In this document: positions 37,460 to 45,392 of the stretch, piece after piece
Layout of the letters: each line of letters starts with the position of its first letter
How positions within the stretch are numbered: the first letter of the stretch is position 1
Notes under the pieces: generated by a model
What the model was told of the DNA's origin: nothing
The model's input: the letters and a program-made list of their open reading frames with translations, nothing else
Databases searched by the model: none
Assembly: GCA_964622545.1 (NCBI GenBank)
Contig: CAZUQM010000022.1
Span: forward strand, 40,080 to 104,079
DNA length: 64,000 bases
Reading direction: 5' to 3'
DNA from: an uncultured Planctomycetales bacterium
GTDB lineage: Bacteria > Planctomycetota > Phycisphaerae > UBA1845 > JAFGLZ01
Made by a program: the position numbers and the translations under genes

Positions 37460-38962
37460 GTGCCAGGTCTTACTGCGCCCGCCGAGCGCGCCCATACCGA
37501 CCGCATCGAACACCGTCGTATCCCACCGGCCGAACGCTGTGTCCGCCTCGACATCGAGCACCGACGCAGCGCCGCTCCGTGCTCGCCCAGGTCGGTGGAA
37601 GTCTGCTTCCGATACGGCATCCGGCCGGAGTCCCACACGCTCACGCTGGGCCGAGACATCCCCTTGCCGCGCGAGGCGCCGCAGGTCATCGCCGTGGTCG
37701 GTCCGTCTGGGGCGGGCAAAACCTCGCTGTTGCACGCCATCGGTCGCCGGTTCGACCATGCCCGCCACATGGGCCGCACGCGATTTCCGCGCAAGCCCGC
37801 CATCATCGACGCGGTCGCCCGCGGGCGCACGCTCCCCGAAGCCGCCTCCATCCTCACCGCCTGTGGGCTGGGCGAGCCCCGTCTCTGGATTCGTCGTTAC
37901 GAGGAGCTCTCGGACGGGGAGCGCTTCCGCGCCAAGCTGGCCAGGTCGCTGGGGCTGCACCTGCGGGGCCCCGATCCGACCGCGCCGTTGCTCTGCGACG
38001 AGTTCGCCGCGGGACTGCACCGTCGCGCTGCTCGTTCCATCGCCTTCAATCTGGCCAAGCTCGCACGCCGGCGGGGTCTCTACGTCGCCGCGGCCGTCGC
38101 CCATGAGGACCTCCTCGGCGACCTGGGTCCCTCACTCATCATCCGTCTCGGTGCCGAAGCCAACGCCGAGGCCATCTGGCCGCGGCCGGACCACGGCTTG
38201 TTCTCTGGCATCGCCCGGCTCCATATCGAGCCGGGCCGCAAGGCCGATTACGACCGCTTCGCCCCGATGCACTACCGCCGCCGCGACGAATTGGGCTTCG
38301 TCGACAAGGTCTTCGTCGCGCGCGAGGGGGTCGGCGGCGAGCCGGTCGGCATCGTGGTCTACGCTTACGGGCCGCTCGAGCTTGCTCTGCGGAATCGAGC
38401 CACGGGGGGGCGATTCCGCGGGGCGCCGAAGCGGCTCAACCGCGAGCTCCGCATCTTGCGGCGCCTCGTGATCCACCCCGACCTGCGCGGGTGCGGCGTG
38501 GGCCACTGGCTGGTTCGCGAAACCCTGCCCATGGTCGGCGTGGACTTCGTGGAATGCCTGGCCACGCTCGGCCAGATCAACCCCGTCTTCGAGAAGGCCG
38601 GCATGTCGCGGGTCGGCACCTGCCCGCCGCCCCGAGGACACCAGCGGCTCTTGAGCTGGCTGCGTCGGCAGGGGGCCGACCCCTTCGCCGCCGATTTCGA
38701 GACGCAACTCGCCGCGTGTCCGGCCGTCCAAGGCGTCGTGGCCGACGTCGTTCGCGGGTGGTACCGCGCCACCACAGGAGCCCGGCGCGACCGTGTCGCC
38801 TCGCAATCACCCCGGCTGTTGGCCCAGACCTTCCGGCAGCTCGCGTGCAGCCAACCCGTGTATTACCTCTGGCATCGCGACGGTCGACGGTTCGAGCCGC
38901 CGTCCCATCGCGACCTCGGTTCTAGGGGCACAAGCGTGTCCCCGCACCGGCAGGAGTCCTAG
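37460..38962 (+). CDS. Fusion protein: stand-alone ABC-type ATPase domain plus C-terminal GNAT acetyltransferase domain
   Basis: GTG start after GAGGTGA. Walker A GPSGAGKTS, ABC signature LSDGERFR, Walker B LLCDEF, H-loop-like AVAHE. The GNAT acetyl-CoA site is RLVIHPDLRGCGVGHWL. No transmembrane domain partner is adjacent. Confidence 0.75.
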   Translation: MPGLTAPAERAHTDRIEHRRIPPAERCVRLDIEHRRSAAPCSPRSVEVCFRYGIRPESHTLTLGRDIPLPREAPQVIAVVGPSGAGKTSLLHAIGRRFDHARHMGRTRFPRKPAIIDAVARGRTLPEAASILTACGLGEPRLWIRRYEELSDGERFRAKLARSLGLHLRGPDPTAPLLCDEFAAGLHRRAARSIAFNLAKLARRRGLYVAAAVAHEDLLGDLGPSLIIRLGAEANAEAIWPRPDHGLFSGIARLHIEPGRKADYDRFAPMHYRRRDELGFVDKVFVAREGVGGEPVGIVVYAYGPLELALRNRATGGRFRGAPKRLNRELRILRRLVIHPDLRGCGVGHWLVRETLPMVGVDFVECLATLGQINPVFEKAGMSRVGTCPPPRGHQRLLSWLRRQGADPFAADFETQLAACPAVQGVVADVVRGWYRATTGARRDRVASQSPRLLAQTFRQLACSQPVYYLWHRDGRRFEPPSHRDLGSRGTSVSPHRQES

Positions 38963-38964
38963 TC

Positions 38965-39216
38965 ATGCATCGTTTCAAGCAGGTCGTTAACTACCTTGGC
39001 AGGCCGCTCGCGTCGCGCAAGGTCCGCGTTGCGATCGCCACCGTCGTCTGCGCCTACGCCGCCCAGGCAGGCTTGATGGTCAGCGAGGAGGTGCTGATCA
39101 CGATGCTCTCCTGCGGCGTGGCCATCATTCTCGGGATCGCCCACGAGGACAACGGCCGCCATGCAGCATCCACGCCTCCGCGCGACGATACCGCCCCATC
39201 CCGCCCCCAGAGCTGA
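38965..39216 (+). CDS. Small 2-TM membrane protein (83 aa) with charged C-terminal tail (holin-like topology)
   Basis: ATG lies 3 nt after the upstream stop, with AGGAG 8 nt upstream. Basic N-terminus, two hydrophobic helices, and an HEDNGRH...RDD tail. Confidence 0.6.
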   Translation: MHRFKQVVNYLGRPLASRKVRVAIATVVCAYAAQAGLMVSEEVLITMLSCGVAIILGIAHEDNGRHAASTPPRDDTAPSRPQS

Positions 39217-39351
39217 CTCCTGCCGGCCGGGGTCCATGCCGTCACCACTGCCGCGAAACGCGGATCGGTGGTAACCTGTGCCCAAGGCTCCCGCCGGCGG
39301 TCCTCGGCGGGAACGCTGGTGCGGCTGCCGCGCCGAACGGGGATCCGAGCG

Positions 39352-40167
39352 ATGGCTGGGAACCGCGACCAATCTGCGACGATGATGCCGCCCGAGGGAT
39401 CGTGCTCGCGACCCGATGCCGTTCGCCTATTGATCCTGGTCGCCCTGGCGAGCCTCTTGCCGGTCACACCGATCGGTTGGCTCTGGGCCGTGGCCCTGCT
39501 CGCGTGGGCGGTGTTCTTTGAGGCCGTGGCGCGGCCGGTCCCGGCCAGGCTGTCCACGGCGCTGGTCCTCTGCCCGATCCTGGTCACGGCGCCGCTGATC
39601 AACCCCTGGTCGTTCTGGCCGATGCACCTGCTGGTGCCCCTGGCTGGCTGGGCGATCGTCGTCGGCACCCTCCGCCGAAGCCGGTCGAGGCCGGATCTGC
39701 CGCTATGGGGCTCCGCGGACGCCGTCGCGCTCGGGCTGGCCGTCCTGACGATCATCGGCAGCAGTGCCGCGCTGGTCGTGTGGCATCAACTCGCTCAGCC
39801 CGATCTGTCCGATCTCAAGGCCCAGATGCCGGACTGGTCACCCGGGCTCCTCGTTGTGGCCGCACTGGGGTTCGCGGTCGTCAACGCCGTGATCGAAGAG
39901 CTCATCTGGCGCGGGGTCTTCTGGCAGATTCTGGACAGAGCGGTGGGGCGGGCATGGCTGGTCATCGCCTTGCAGGCGGCATCCTTCGGCCTCGCGCACC
40001 TGCACGGCTTTCCGAGGGGGTGGTTCGGCGTGGCGATGGCCGCCGTCTACGGGACGATGCTCGGCCTGATCCGCCACCGCTCGCGCGGCCTGGGCCTGCC
40101 GACCATCACCCACGTCTTCGCCGACCTGACGATCTTCGCCATCCTGGCCACGTTGGTCAGGGGGTGA
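39352..40167 (+). CDS. CPBP family intramembrane glutamic endopeptidase (CAAX protease/Abi family)
   Basis: Motifs EELIWRGVF (EExxxR), FGLAHL (FxxxH) and HVFADL; polytopic. The start is uncertain: ATG 39352 or GTG 39268. Confidence 0.8.
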   Translation: MAGNRDQSATMMPPEGSCSRPDAVRLLILVALASLLPVTPIGWLWAVALLAWAVFFEAVARPVPARLSTALVLCPILVTAPLINPWSFWPMHLLVPLAGWAIVVGTLRRSRSRPDLPLWGSADAVALGLAVLTIIGSSAALVVWHQLAQPDLSDLKAQMPDWSPGLLVVAALGFAVVNAVIEELIWRGVFWQILDRAVGRAWLVIALQAASFGLAHLHGFPRGWFGVAMAAVYGTMLGLIRHRSRGLGLPTITHVFADLTIFAILATLVRG

Positions 40168-40179
40168 CGTCGCCGTTAT

Positions 40180-40341
40180 CAGAGGCGCGACTGTGAAGGA
40201 GCGTTGCCGTCTTCAGAGGCGCGACTGTGAAGGAGCGTTGCCGTCTTCAGAGGCGCGACTGTGAAGGAGCGTTGCCGTTCAACCGTCCACCGTGCCATTG
40301 CTCTGTGAACAGTGTGAGCCCGCCACAAGGCAACGCTTCAC
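40180..40341 (+). repeat. 34-bp direct repeat in three tandem copies, followed by a long imperfect hairpin; related to the 36.7/44.0 kb repeat family
   Basis: CAGAGGCGCGACTGTGAAGGAGCGTTGCCGTCTT at 40180, 40214 and 40248 (last copy 31 nt). GTGAAGGAGCGTTGCC (40261-76) pairs with GGCAACGCTTCAC (40329-41). Lies between convergent genes. Confidence 0.85.
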
Positions 40342-40383
40342 GCGATCGCACGCTGAGGCGGCAGGGGCACAACCGAAGGCCTC

Positions 40384-42156
40384 TTACCCCGCGAACTCGA
40401 ACACCCGCTGCTTGCGGCAGGCGCGATCGATGGCCGGCAGGAAGTAGTGCTTGGCCACCACCTCCCACGTCATCTTCTGGGCCAGCTCGTAGCCGCTGGC
40501 GATCAGCTTGGCCTTCTCGTCCGGCGAGCGGGGCAGCCGCTCGAGCAGGTCGCCGGCGACCTGCTTGGCCACGGCTACCTCGAGCTCGTCGCGATAATGC
40601 ATGTCCAGCCCGAGCAGGTGCTTGGCCGGCGGACGCGGTTTCGGGATGTCGGTGTAGTCGGCCACGATCACGTTCGGGCTCGACTCGCCGCCGGCGGCGT
40701 CATCGACGAAACCCGCGCACCCGCACACGTTGGTGATCACGCAGAGCCCACCCACCGATAGGGCCTCGAGCTGCGCGATGCCGAACGGCTCGTAGATGCT
40801 TTGGCCGAACTCCACGTCGGCGCCCTTGCGGATGTCCCAGAACTCCATGTCCTCGGGCATGCGGGCACCGCATACGGCCTGATGAAAACCGAACTGGTTG
40901 ATGAACACACACTTGAGGTTGCGCGCCCGGGCGTTGAACCGTTGGATCGACGTGTAGAAGATCGCCTCGCCCGTCGACATGTCCGGCGTACCTTCGCGGT
41001 GGGCGACGGGCCAGTCCCACCACTGCTCCATGTCGTAGATGTCCTCGGGCGGCCGGCTCGGCAGCTCGGTGTTCAAGAAGTAGCACACCCCCGTCTCGCC
41101 CGACTGCCGGAAGGCCTGCTCGACGTGCTCGAGCACCCGGATGTCCCGCCACAGACCCTTGCTCGGCGCCAGGCGCGAGACGTGCGTGAACACATGGTCG
41201 GGCTTGAAGCCCAACAGGTTGTCGCAGTAGCGGCGGAGACGGTCGCGGCTGACCTCGGCCTCGTCGACGTCGATCTGGAACGCCGGGATGCCGTTGTACG
41301 ACAGGTCGATGTCCACGTGGTCGAAGTCGGGGTCAAGGAACCGCAGCTCCTTGATCACGTAGTCGCCCACGGCCAGGATGTTGTCGCAGAAGCGGCTGCC
41401 CTCGACCAGGGCGTGTTTGAAGAAGTCATGCTGGTTGCCGAACATGTCCTCGACGTAGAGCCCTTCGCTCATCGCCTCGGCCAGGACGTTGTAGAACATC
41501 GTGTCGTGGCCAGGGTGGTCCTCGACCAGCTTGCGAACCGTGGCCACCTCGTGGGCGTAGAAGACGGTCCGGAGGTTGTCGTGGTTTCGCAGGATCGCGG
41601 CCAGGGCCGTCGGCATGCCCATGAACTCGTGGGCCACGACCACACACTCGCCTCCGGTGGTCAGGCCCAGCCCATAGATCGCGTCGATGGCGGGCATGGC
41701 CAGCTTGACGTACTGGTCGTAGTCCCAGGCGTTCTCGTACCGGTTCGACTCGATACCGAACTGGTTGAAGAGCTGGCCCTTGAAGTCGTTGAGCCGGCGG
41801 AAATCGGCCCGATGCACGTCGATGAGGACGACCTCGGCGTCGGCCTTGAAGTTGGTCGCGTCCTCATAGAAGCTTCGTCGCCCGTAGACGATGTCGACCT
41901 TGTGGTTCCGCTGGATGTCCTGCCAGAGCGACGCCGTTGGGTGGTTCAGGATGCCGTCCACCGACGAATAGAAGACCTCGCCGTCGGGCCCGAGCCGACC
42001 CTGCACGTTCCCGTCGCGCGTGAACAGCGGACCGATCAAGATCGTCCGATCGATCTGCTTGTTGTACGACTTGCTTGTGATAAGGCCTTGCAGGACGGCG
42101 CCGATACCGCCGACCTTCTGCACAGCTTCGTGTGTAACGTGGACCAGGCTTCGCAT
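40384..42156 (-). CDS. Glycosyltransferase resembling GT3 (eukaryotic-type) glycogen synthase
   Basis: N-terminal HEAVQKVGGIGAVL resembles GT3 EVANKVGGIYTVL. C-terminal EPFGIAQLEALSVGGLCVITNVCGCAGF resembles the GT3 EPWGYTPAE...TTNVSGFG block. 590 aa. Confidence 0.6.
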   Translation of the reverse strand: MRSLVHVTHEAVQKVGGIGAVLQGLITSKSYNKQIDRTILIGPLFTRDGNVQGRLGPDGEVFYSSVDGILNHPTASLWQDIQRNHKVDIVYGRRSFYEDATNFKADAEVVLIDVHRADFRRLNDFKGQLFNQFGIESNRYENAWDYDQYVKLAMPAIDAIYGLGLTTGGECVVVAHEFMGMPTALAAILRNHDNLRTVFYAHEVATVRKLVEDHPGHDTMFYNVLAEAMSEGLYVEDMFGNQHDFFKHALVEGSRFCDNILAVGDYVIKELRFLDPDFDHVDIDLSYNGIPAFQIDVDEAEVSRDRLRRYCDNLLGFKPDHVFTHVSRLAPSKGLWRDIRVLEHVEQAFRQSGETGVCYFLNTELPSRPPEDIYDMEQWWDWPVAHREGTPDMSTGEAIFYTSIQRFNARARNLKCVFINQFGFHQAVCGARMPEDMEFWDIRKGADVEFGQSIYEPFGIAQLEALSVGGLCVITNVCGCAGFVDDAAGGESSPNVIVADYTDIPKPRPPAKHLLGLDMHYRDELEVAVAKQVAGDLLERLPRSPDEKAKLIASGYELAQKMTWEVVAKHYFLPAIDRACRKQRVFEFAG

Positions 42157-42214
42157 AAAGGACTCACTCTGTACGGCGATTCTGGCTCGCTGCCACTAAC
42201 CCGGAGGGTATTGT

Positions 42215-42252
42215 ACAAATCAAACGGCCCGCCTCAACCGCGAGGCGGACCG
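42215..42252 (-). terminator. Rho-independent terminator after the EF-hand gene
   Basis: CCGCCTC (42229-35) pairs with GAGGCGG (42242-48), with extension. The minus strand continues with TTTGATTTGT. Confidence 0.5.
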
Positions 42253-42365
42253 TCGTATTGTAGGCACCGATAAGATCGGCACATGACGCGTCGGAAGCCA
42301 CAACCATGGCGCGAATTACGGTAAGGGCCCTATGCGAAAACCGCTTGCGGATTTGAGTTTTTTGG

Positions 42366-43292
42366 CTAGCCGTCCTTATCGGACGGTGCCCGCGGGGCCT
42401 TCTGCGAGCGACGTTCCCGGCCGCGACGCTCGGGGCGCTCGGGCTTGGAGGGCTTGCCGGCCTCCAACGCCGCCTTCAGGTCTTTCGCGTCCAGCACCTT
42501 GTCGTCGTTGCGGTCCAGACTGCGGAACCAGTTCAGAAGCTGGTCGATCTCCTTGCCGTCGACGCGACGGTCGTCGTTGCGGTCGGCCAGGCGCATCAGC
42601 AGAAACGCCGCCCCCGGTGGGGGATCACCCTCGCCCATGGGGCCAAGACCCTTGCGGCCTGCCATCCCCGGTCGACCACGTCCGAACGCCCCGGGCCCGC
42701 CGCGACGTCGTCCTTCGCGAGCCGCTTCGCGCAGGCCCTCGCTTGCCGACGGCGAGTCCTCCTGGCCGCGCGACCAGCCCGTCGGTGTCCCCATCCCGGC
42801 TCGTCCCTTCAGGTGGCCCCCATGGCGGCGGATCATCTCAGCACGCATGCGGATCATGGCCTTGCGCACGGCGCGGTCGACCTTGTCCTCGATCAGACGG
42901 TCCAGCGCCAAACCCAGACCGAGCCAATCCTTGAAGACCTCCGCCCGCTGTTCCGCGATCAGAGGCCCACCGGCGCGGAAGCCTCCCTGTCCAGGACGCC
43001 GGCCCCATGGGCGCCGAGTACCGTAGCCCTGCCGACCCTTGTCGGGCATCCCCCGACCCCAACCGCGCATCCGCTGACGCGCGTGTCGGACGACCTCAGG
43101 CATCTTCCGGTCGAACTCGTCGCGCGAGACGACGCCGTCGCCGTCGGCGTCGAGATGCTTGTAGACGCGATCGAGGATCGCCTCGCCGCGAGGCGGCACC
43201 TTCGTCTCGGGGCGTTCGGGCTCCGAGGCCGAGAGCGTCAGGCCGATCAGTATGGCCGGCGCGAGCAAGAGAACAGCGGTCATGGCAGTCAC
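42366..43292 (-). CDS. Secreted EF-hand calcium-binding protein, Arg/Gly-rich
   Basis: Signal peptide. EF loops DADGDGVVSRDEF, DRNDDRRVDGKEI and DRNDDKVLDAKDL. Confidence 0.75.
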   Translation of the reverse strand: MTAMTAVLLLAPAILIGLTLSASEPERPETKVPPRGEAILDRVYKHLDADGDGVVSRDEFDRKMPEVVRHARQRMRGWGRGMPDKGRQGYGTRRPWGRRPGQGGFRAGGPLIAEQRAEVFKDWLGLGLALDRLIEDKVDRAVRKAMIRMRAEMIRRHGGHLKGRAGMGTPTGWSRGQEDSPSASEGLREAAREGRRRGGPGAFGRGRPGMAGRKGLGPMGEGDPPPGAAFLLMRLADRNDDRRVDGKEIDQLLNWFRSLDRNDDKVLDAKDLKAALEAGKPSKPERPERRGRERRSQKAPRAPSDKDG

Positions 43293-43412
43293 TCCTTCCG
43301 TTGATGGGGCCCGGATCGTGTCGCTAGCGGGGCATCATGGTCCCGCTGGGTCATCCTGCACAACGACGCCGGGACGAGACGATTGCCGAGTCCTCGACGC
43401 TGGGCTTAGGAT

Positions 43413-43441
43413 TTGGCTTCACCCGTGCGTGGGATTATGCT
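43413..43441 (+). promoter_or_regulatory. Candidate promoter (TTGGCT-N17-TATGCT) for the small-lipoprotein array
   Basis: TTGGCT at 43413-18, a 17-nt spacer, then TATGCT at 43436-41, about 80 nt upstream of the first small ORF. Confidence 0.35.
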
Positions 43442-43519
43442 AGGTTGTGACGTCTTGGACGCTCTGTGCCGGAGTGCCGAGGGCGCCCGCGTTCGGGCTC
43501 GTGAACAGGAGTCACGACC

Positions 43520-43690
43520 ATGTACACGCGACGATGGATCGCCTTGCTGGCTTCGGGGTTGGCCGGCAGCCTGACGATGGTCGGCTGCGGTGAGACGGCC
43601 CAAATGCGTGGGCTGCTCACGCTTTACAACTTCGTGACCTCGCTGGCGTACGAGCTGGTCCTCGACGCGCTGGTCGGGAGCCCGTCCTAA
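43520..43690 (+). CDS. Small lipoprotein paralog 1 (56 aa; below the ORF-track cutoff)
   Basis: AGGAG RBS. MYTRRWIALLASGLAGSLTMVGC lipobox, then an amphipathic LLTLYNFVTSLAYELVLDALVG segment. Uninterrupted frame read directly from the sequence. Confidence 0.55.
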   Translation: MYTRRWIALLASGLAGSLTMVGCGETAQMRGLLTLYNFVTSLAYELVLDALVGSPS

Positions 43691-43797
43691 GGCCCCAGGC
43701 CCAGCGGGCAGACAGACACCACGAATGCGATCGCTGACCGACCGACTGGTGCGGCGGGCCGGTGGCCATCGCGATGACCGAGAGGGAGACCGACTTC

Positions 43798-43977
43798 ATG
43801 CGGCGATACATGCTTGTCGTCATGGTGGCCTTGGTCGCCGTCAGTACGACCACGCTGGTGGGATGCTCCGGCGGTGGGCTTGGCATCGAACTTGCCTTGA
43901 CGCTGGGTCAGTTCATCCTCGGGCTGTTGCTCGACTCGGCGCTTGCACCGATGGCCCTGTTGCTGGGCATCGGCTAG
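43798..43977 (+). CDS. Small lipoprotein paralog 2 (59 aa)
   Basis: GGGAG RBS. MRRYMLVVMVALVAVSTTTLVGC lipobox, then SGGGLG and LALTLGQFILGLLLDSALAP. Confidence 0.6.
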   Translation: MRRYMLVVMVALVAVSTTTLVGCSGGGLGIELALTLGQFILGLLLDSALAPMALLLGIG

Positions 43978-44020
43978 TGCCTGACCACACTTGTCTTTGT
44001 GGGTTCCGATCAGGAGGGCG

Positions 44021-44140
44021 AGACGCCACTCAGAGCAGCGACCGTGAGGGAGCTGTGTTGTTGGAGCGCTTGAACAGCAACGCTCCTTGACAGTCGCGTC
44101 TCCGACGGCGGCCCCGAAGCTGGGCAACCGACAGATTCAA
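44021..44140 (-). repeat. Copy A of the ~120-nt hairpin-forming dispersed repeat, inverted relative to copy B
   Basis: Its reverse complement aligns with 36709-36827. It contains the GGAGCG...CGCTCC hairpin and the outer GAGACGC/GCGTCTC pairing. Confidence 0.8.
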
Positions 44141-44258
44141 CCGTGTTGGACCACTAGTCGGTTTCCCGGAAGATTTGGAGAAAGAGGCGCACGGCGCGTT
44201 CGCGCCCGTGCATGTCGTGGCATCATAAAGACGGGCTCTCATTGTGGGAGAAAGCCAT

Positions 44259-44501
44259 ATGCATCGTCATGCCGTTGTGGCTTTGGTCATTGTGGCCATG
44301 CTAAGCAGCACGGCCCTTACAGGTTGTACCGGAGGCGGACTCGGGGGCATCATCGCCGCTGAACTGGGCGCCACCGCGTTGTCTCTGTTGGGCGCCGTCG
44401 CCCTCGACCAGTTCGTCGGTCCGTTGCTCGGTGATCCGGCGGGTGATCTCGGAAGCGGCGGGGGCAACAACGACGGTAACACGCCGCCGCCGGACAACTA
44501 G
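44259..44501 (+). CDS. Small lipoprotein paralog 3 (80 aa)
   Basis: GGGAGAAAG RBS. MHRHAVVALVIVAMLSSTALTGC lipobox, then TGGGLG and LGATALSLLGAVALDQFVGP, with a Gly/Asn/Pro tail. Confidence 0.6.
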   Translation: MHRHAVVALVIVAMLSSTALTGCTGGGLGGIIAAELGATALSLLGAVALDQFVGPLLGDPAGDLGSGGGNNDGNTPPPDN

Positions 44502-44684
44502 GCCGCAGGGTCGATTCCGGAGCGGCGCCCGGCTTCACGCGGTCGTCCGCTGAAGGCCGGCTCGAGCTTGCCCCGGTCCCGACGAAGCGGCACCTTGCGG
44601 GTCAGACACCCTCGGCGCGGTCACGCCCGGACGCGGTCTCAGGGGCGGCGACGCGCCGGTTGCGCCCTAAGAGGACTCCAAGCC

Positions 44685-45353
44685 ATGCAGGAGAACTCCA
44701 CACGCATCATCTATAATGTCTGGGCACACTTCTACGACCGGATTTGCTCCAACCTCGTCCAGCGCCGACAGGCCCAGGCCATTCCACGCATGGACCTCGA
44801 GGACGGTGAATGGTTGCTTGATATCGGCATCGGGACGGGGCTCAGCCTCGACTTCTACCCCCGCGGGTTGAACGTCGTGGGCCTCGACCTCAGCGAGGGG
44901 ATGCTCGGCAAGGCCAACCAGCGGATCCGAGCGATGGACATGGCCAAGGCCCGGCTCACGCTGGGCGACGCGCTGTGGCTGCCCTTCCACGACGACAGCT
45001 TCGACCACATCCTCGTCAGCCACGTGATCACCGTCGTGAGCGATCCTATCCGCTTGATCGAGGAGATCCGCCGGGTCGGCAAGCCCGACTGCCGCATCGT
45101 GATCATCAACCACTTCCAGTCGGGCAACGCGATCATGGCCCTGATCGAGAAATGGCTCTGCCCGTTGTGCCAGAAGATCGGCTGGCGGAGCGATCTGGCC
45201 TTGGAGGACCTCATGGACCAGACCGGCCTGGAGGTCGACTTCCGCTACAAGCTCGACAAGTTCGACCTGTGGGAGACGGTCTTCGTCACCAACACCCCGG
45301 CCGACGACGTCGTGGAGGACGCCGAGGCGGTCTCTCGCGTGCATGCCGCCTGA
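44685..45353 (+). CDS. Class I SAM-dependent methyltransferase, phospholipid N-methyltransferase (PmtA)-like
   Basis: GAGGA RBS then ATG at 44685. YNVWAHFYD, motif I LLDIGIGTGLSL, SFDHILVSHVITVVSDP, and a C-terminal IGWRSD block as in Rhodobacter-type PmtA. Confidence 0.6.
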   Translation: MQENSTRIIYNVWAHFYDRICSNLVQRRQAQAIPRMDLEDGEWLLDIGIGTGLSLDFYPRGLNVVGLDLSEGMLGKANQRIRAMDMAKARLTLGDALWLPFHDDSFDHILVSHVITVVSDPIRLIEEIRRVGKPDCRIVIINHFQSGNAIMALIEKWLCPLCQKIGWRSDLALEDLMDQTGLEVDFRYKLDKFDLWETVFVTNTPADDVVEDAEAVSRVHAA

Positions 45354-45392
45354 TCGGTCCGTCCGGCCGACGGCCCCCGCCGCATCCCATGC

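Noticed and set aside
40180-40278. Direct repeats considered as a CRISPR array
   Set aside because: The three 34-bp units are contiguous with no spacers, and no cas genes are in the window. This is a tandem duplication of a REP-like module.
36573-44501. Genomic island or prophage interpretation of the repeat-bracketed segment
   Set aside because: There is no integrase, transposase, tRNA attachment site or phage structural gene, and I saw no obvious base-composition shift. I kept it only as an accessory-looking segment, not as a mobile-element call.
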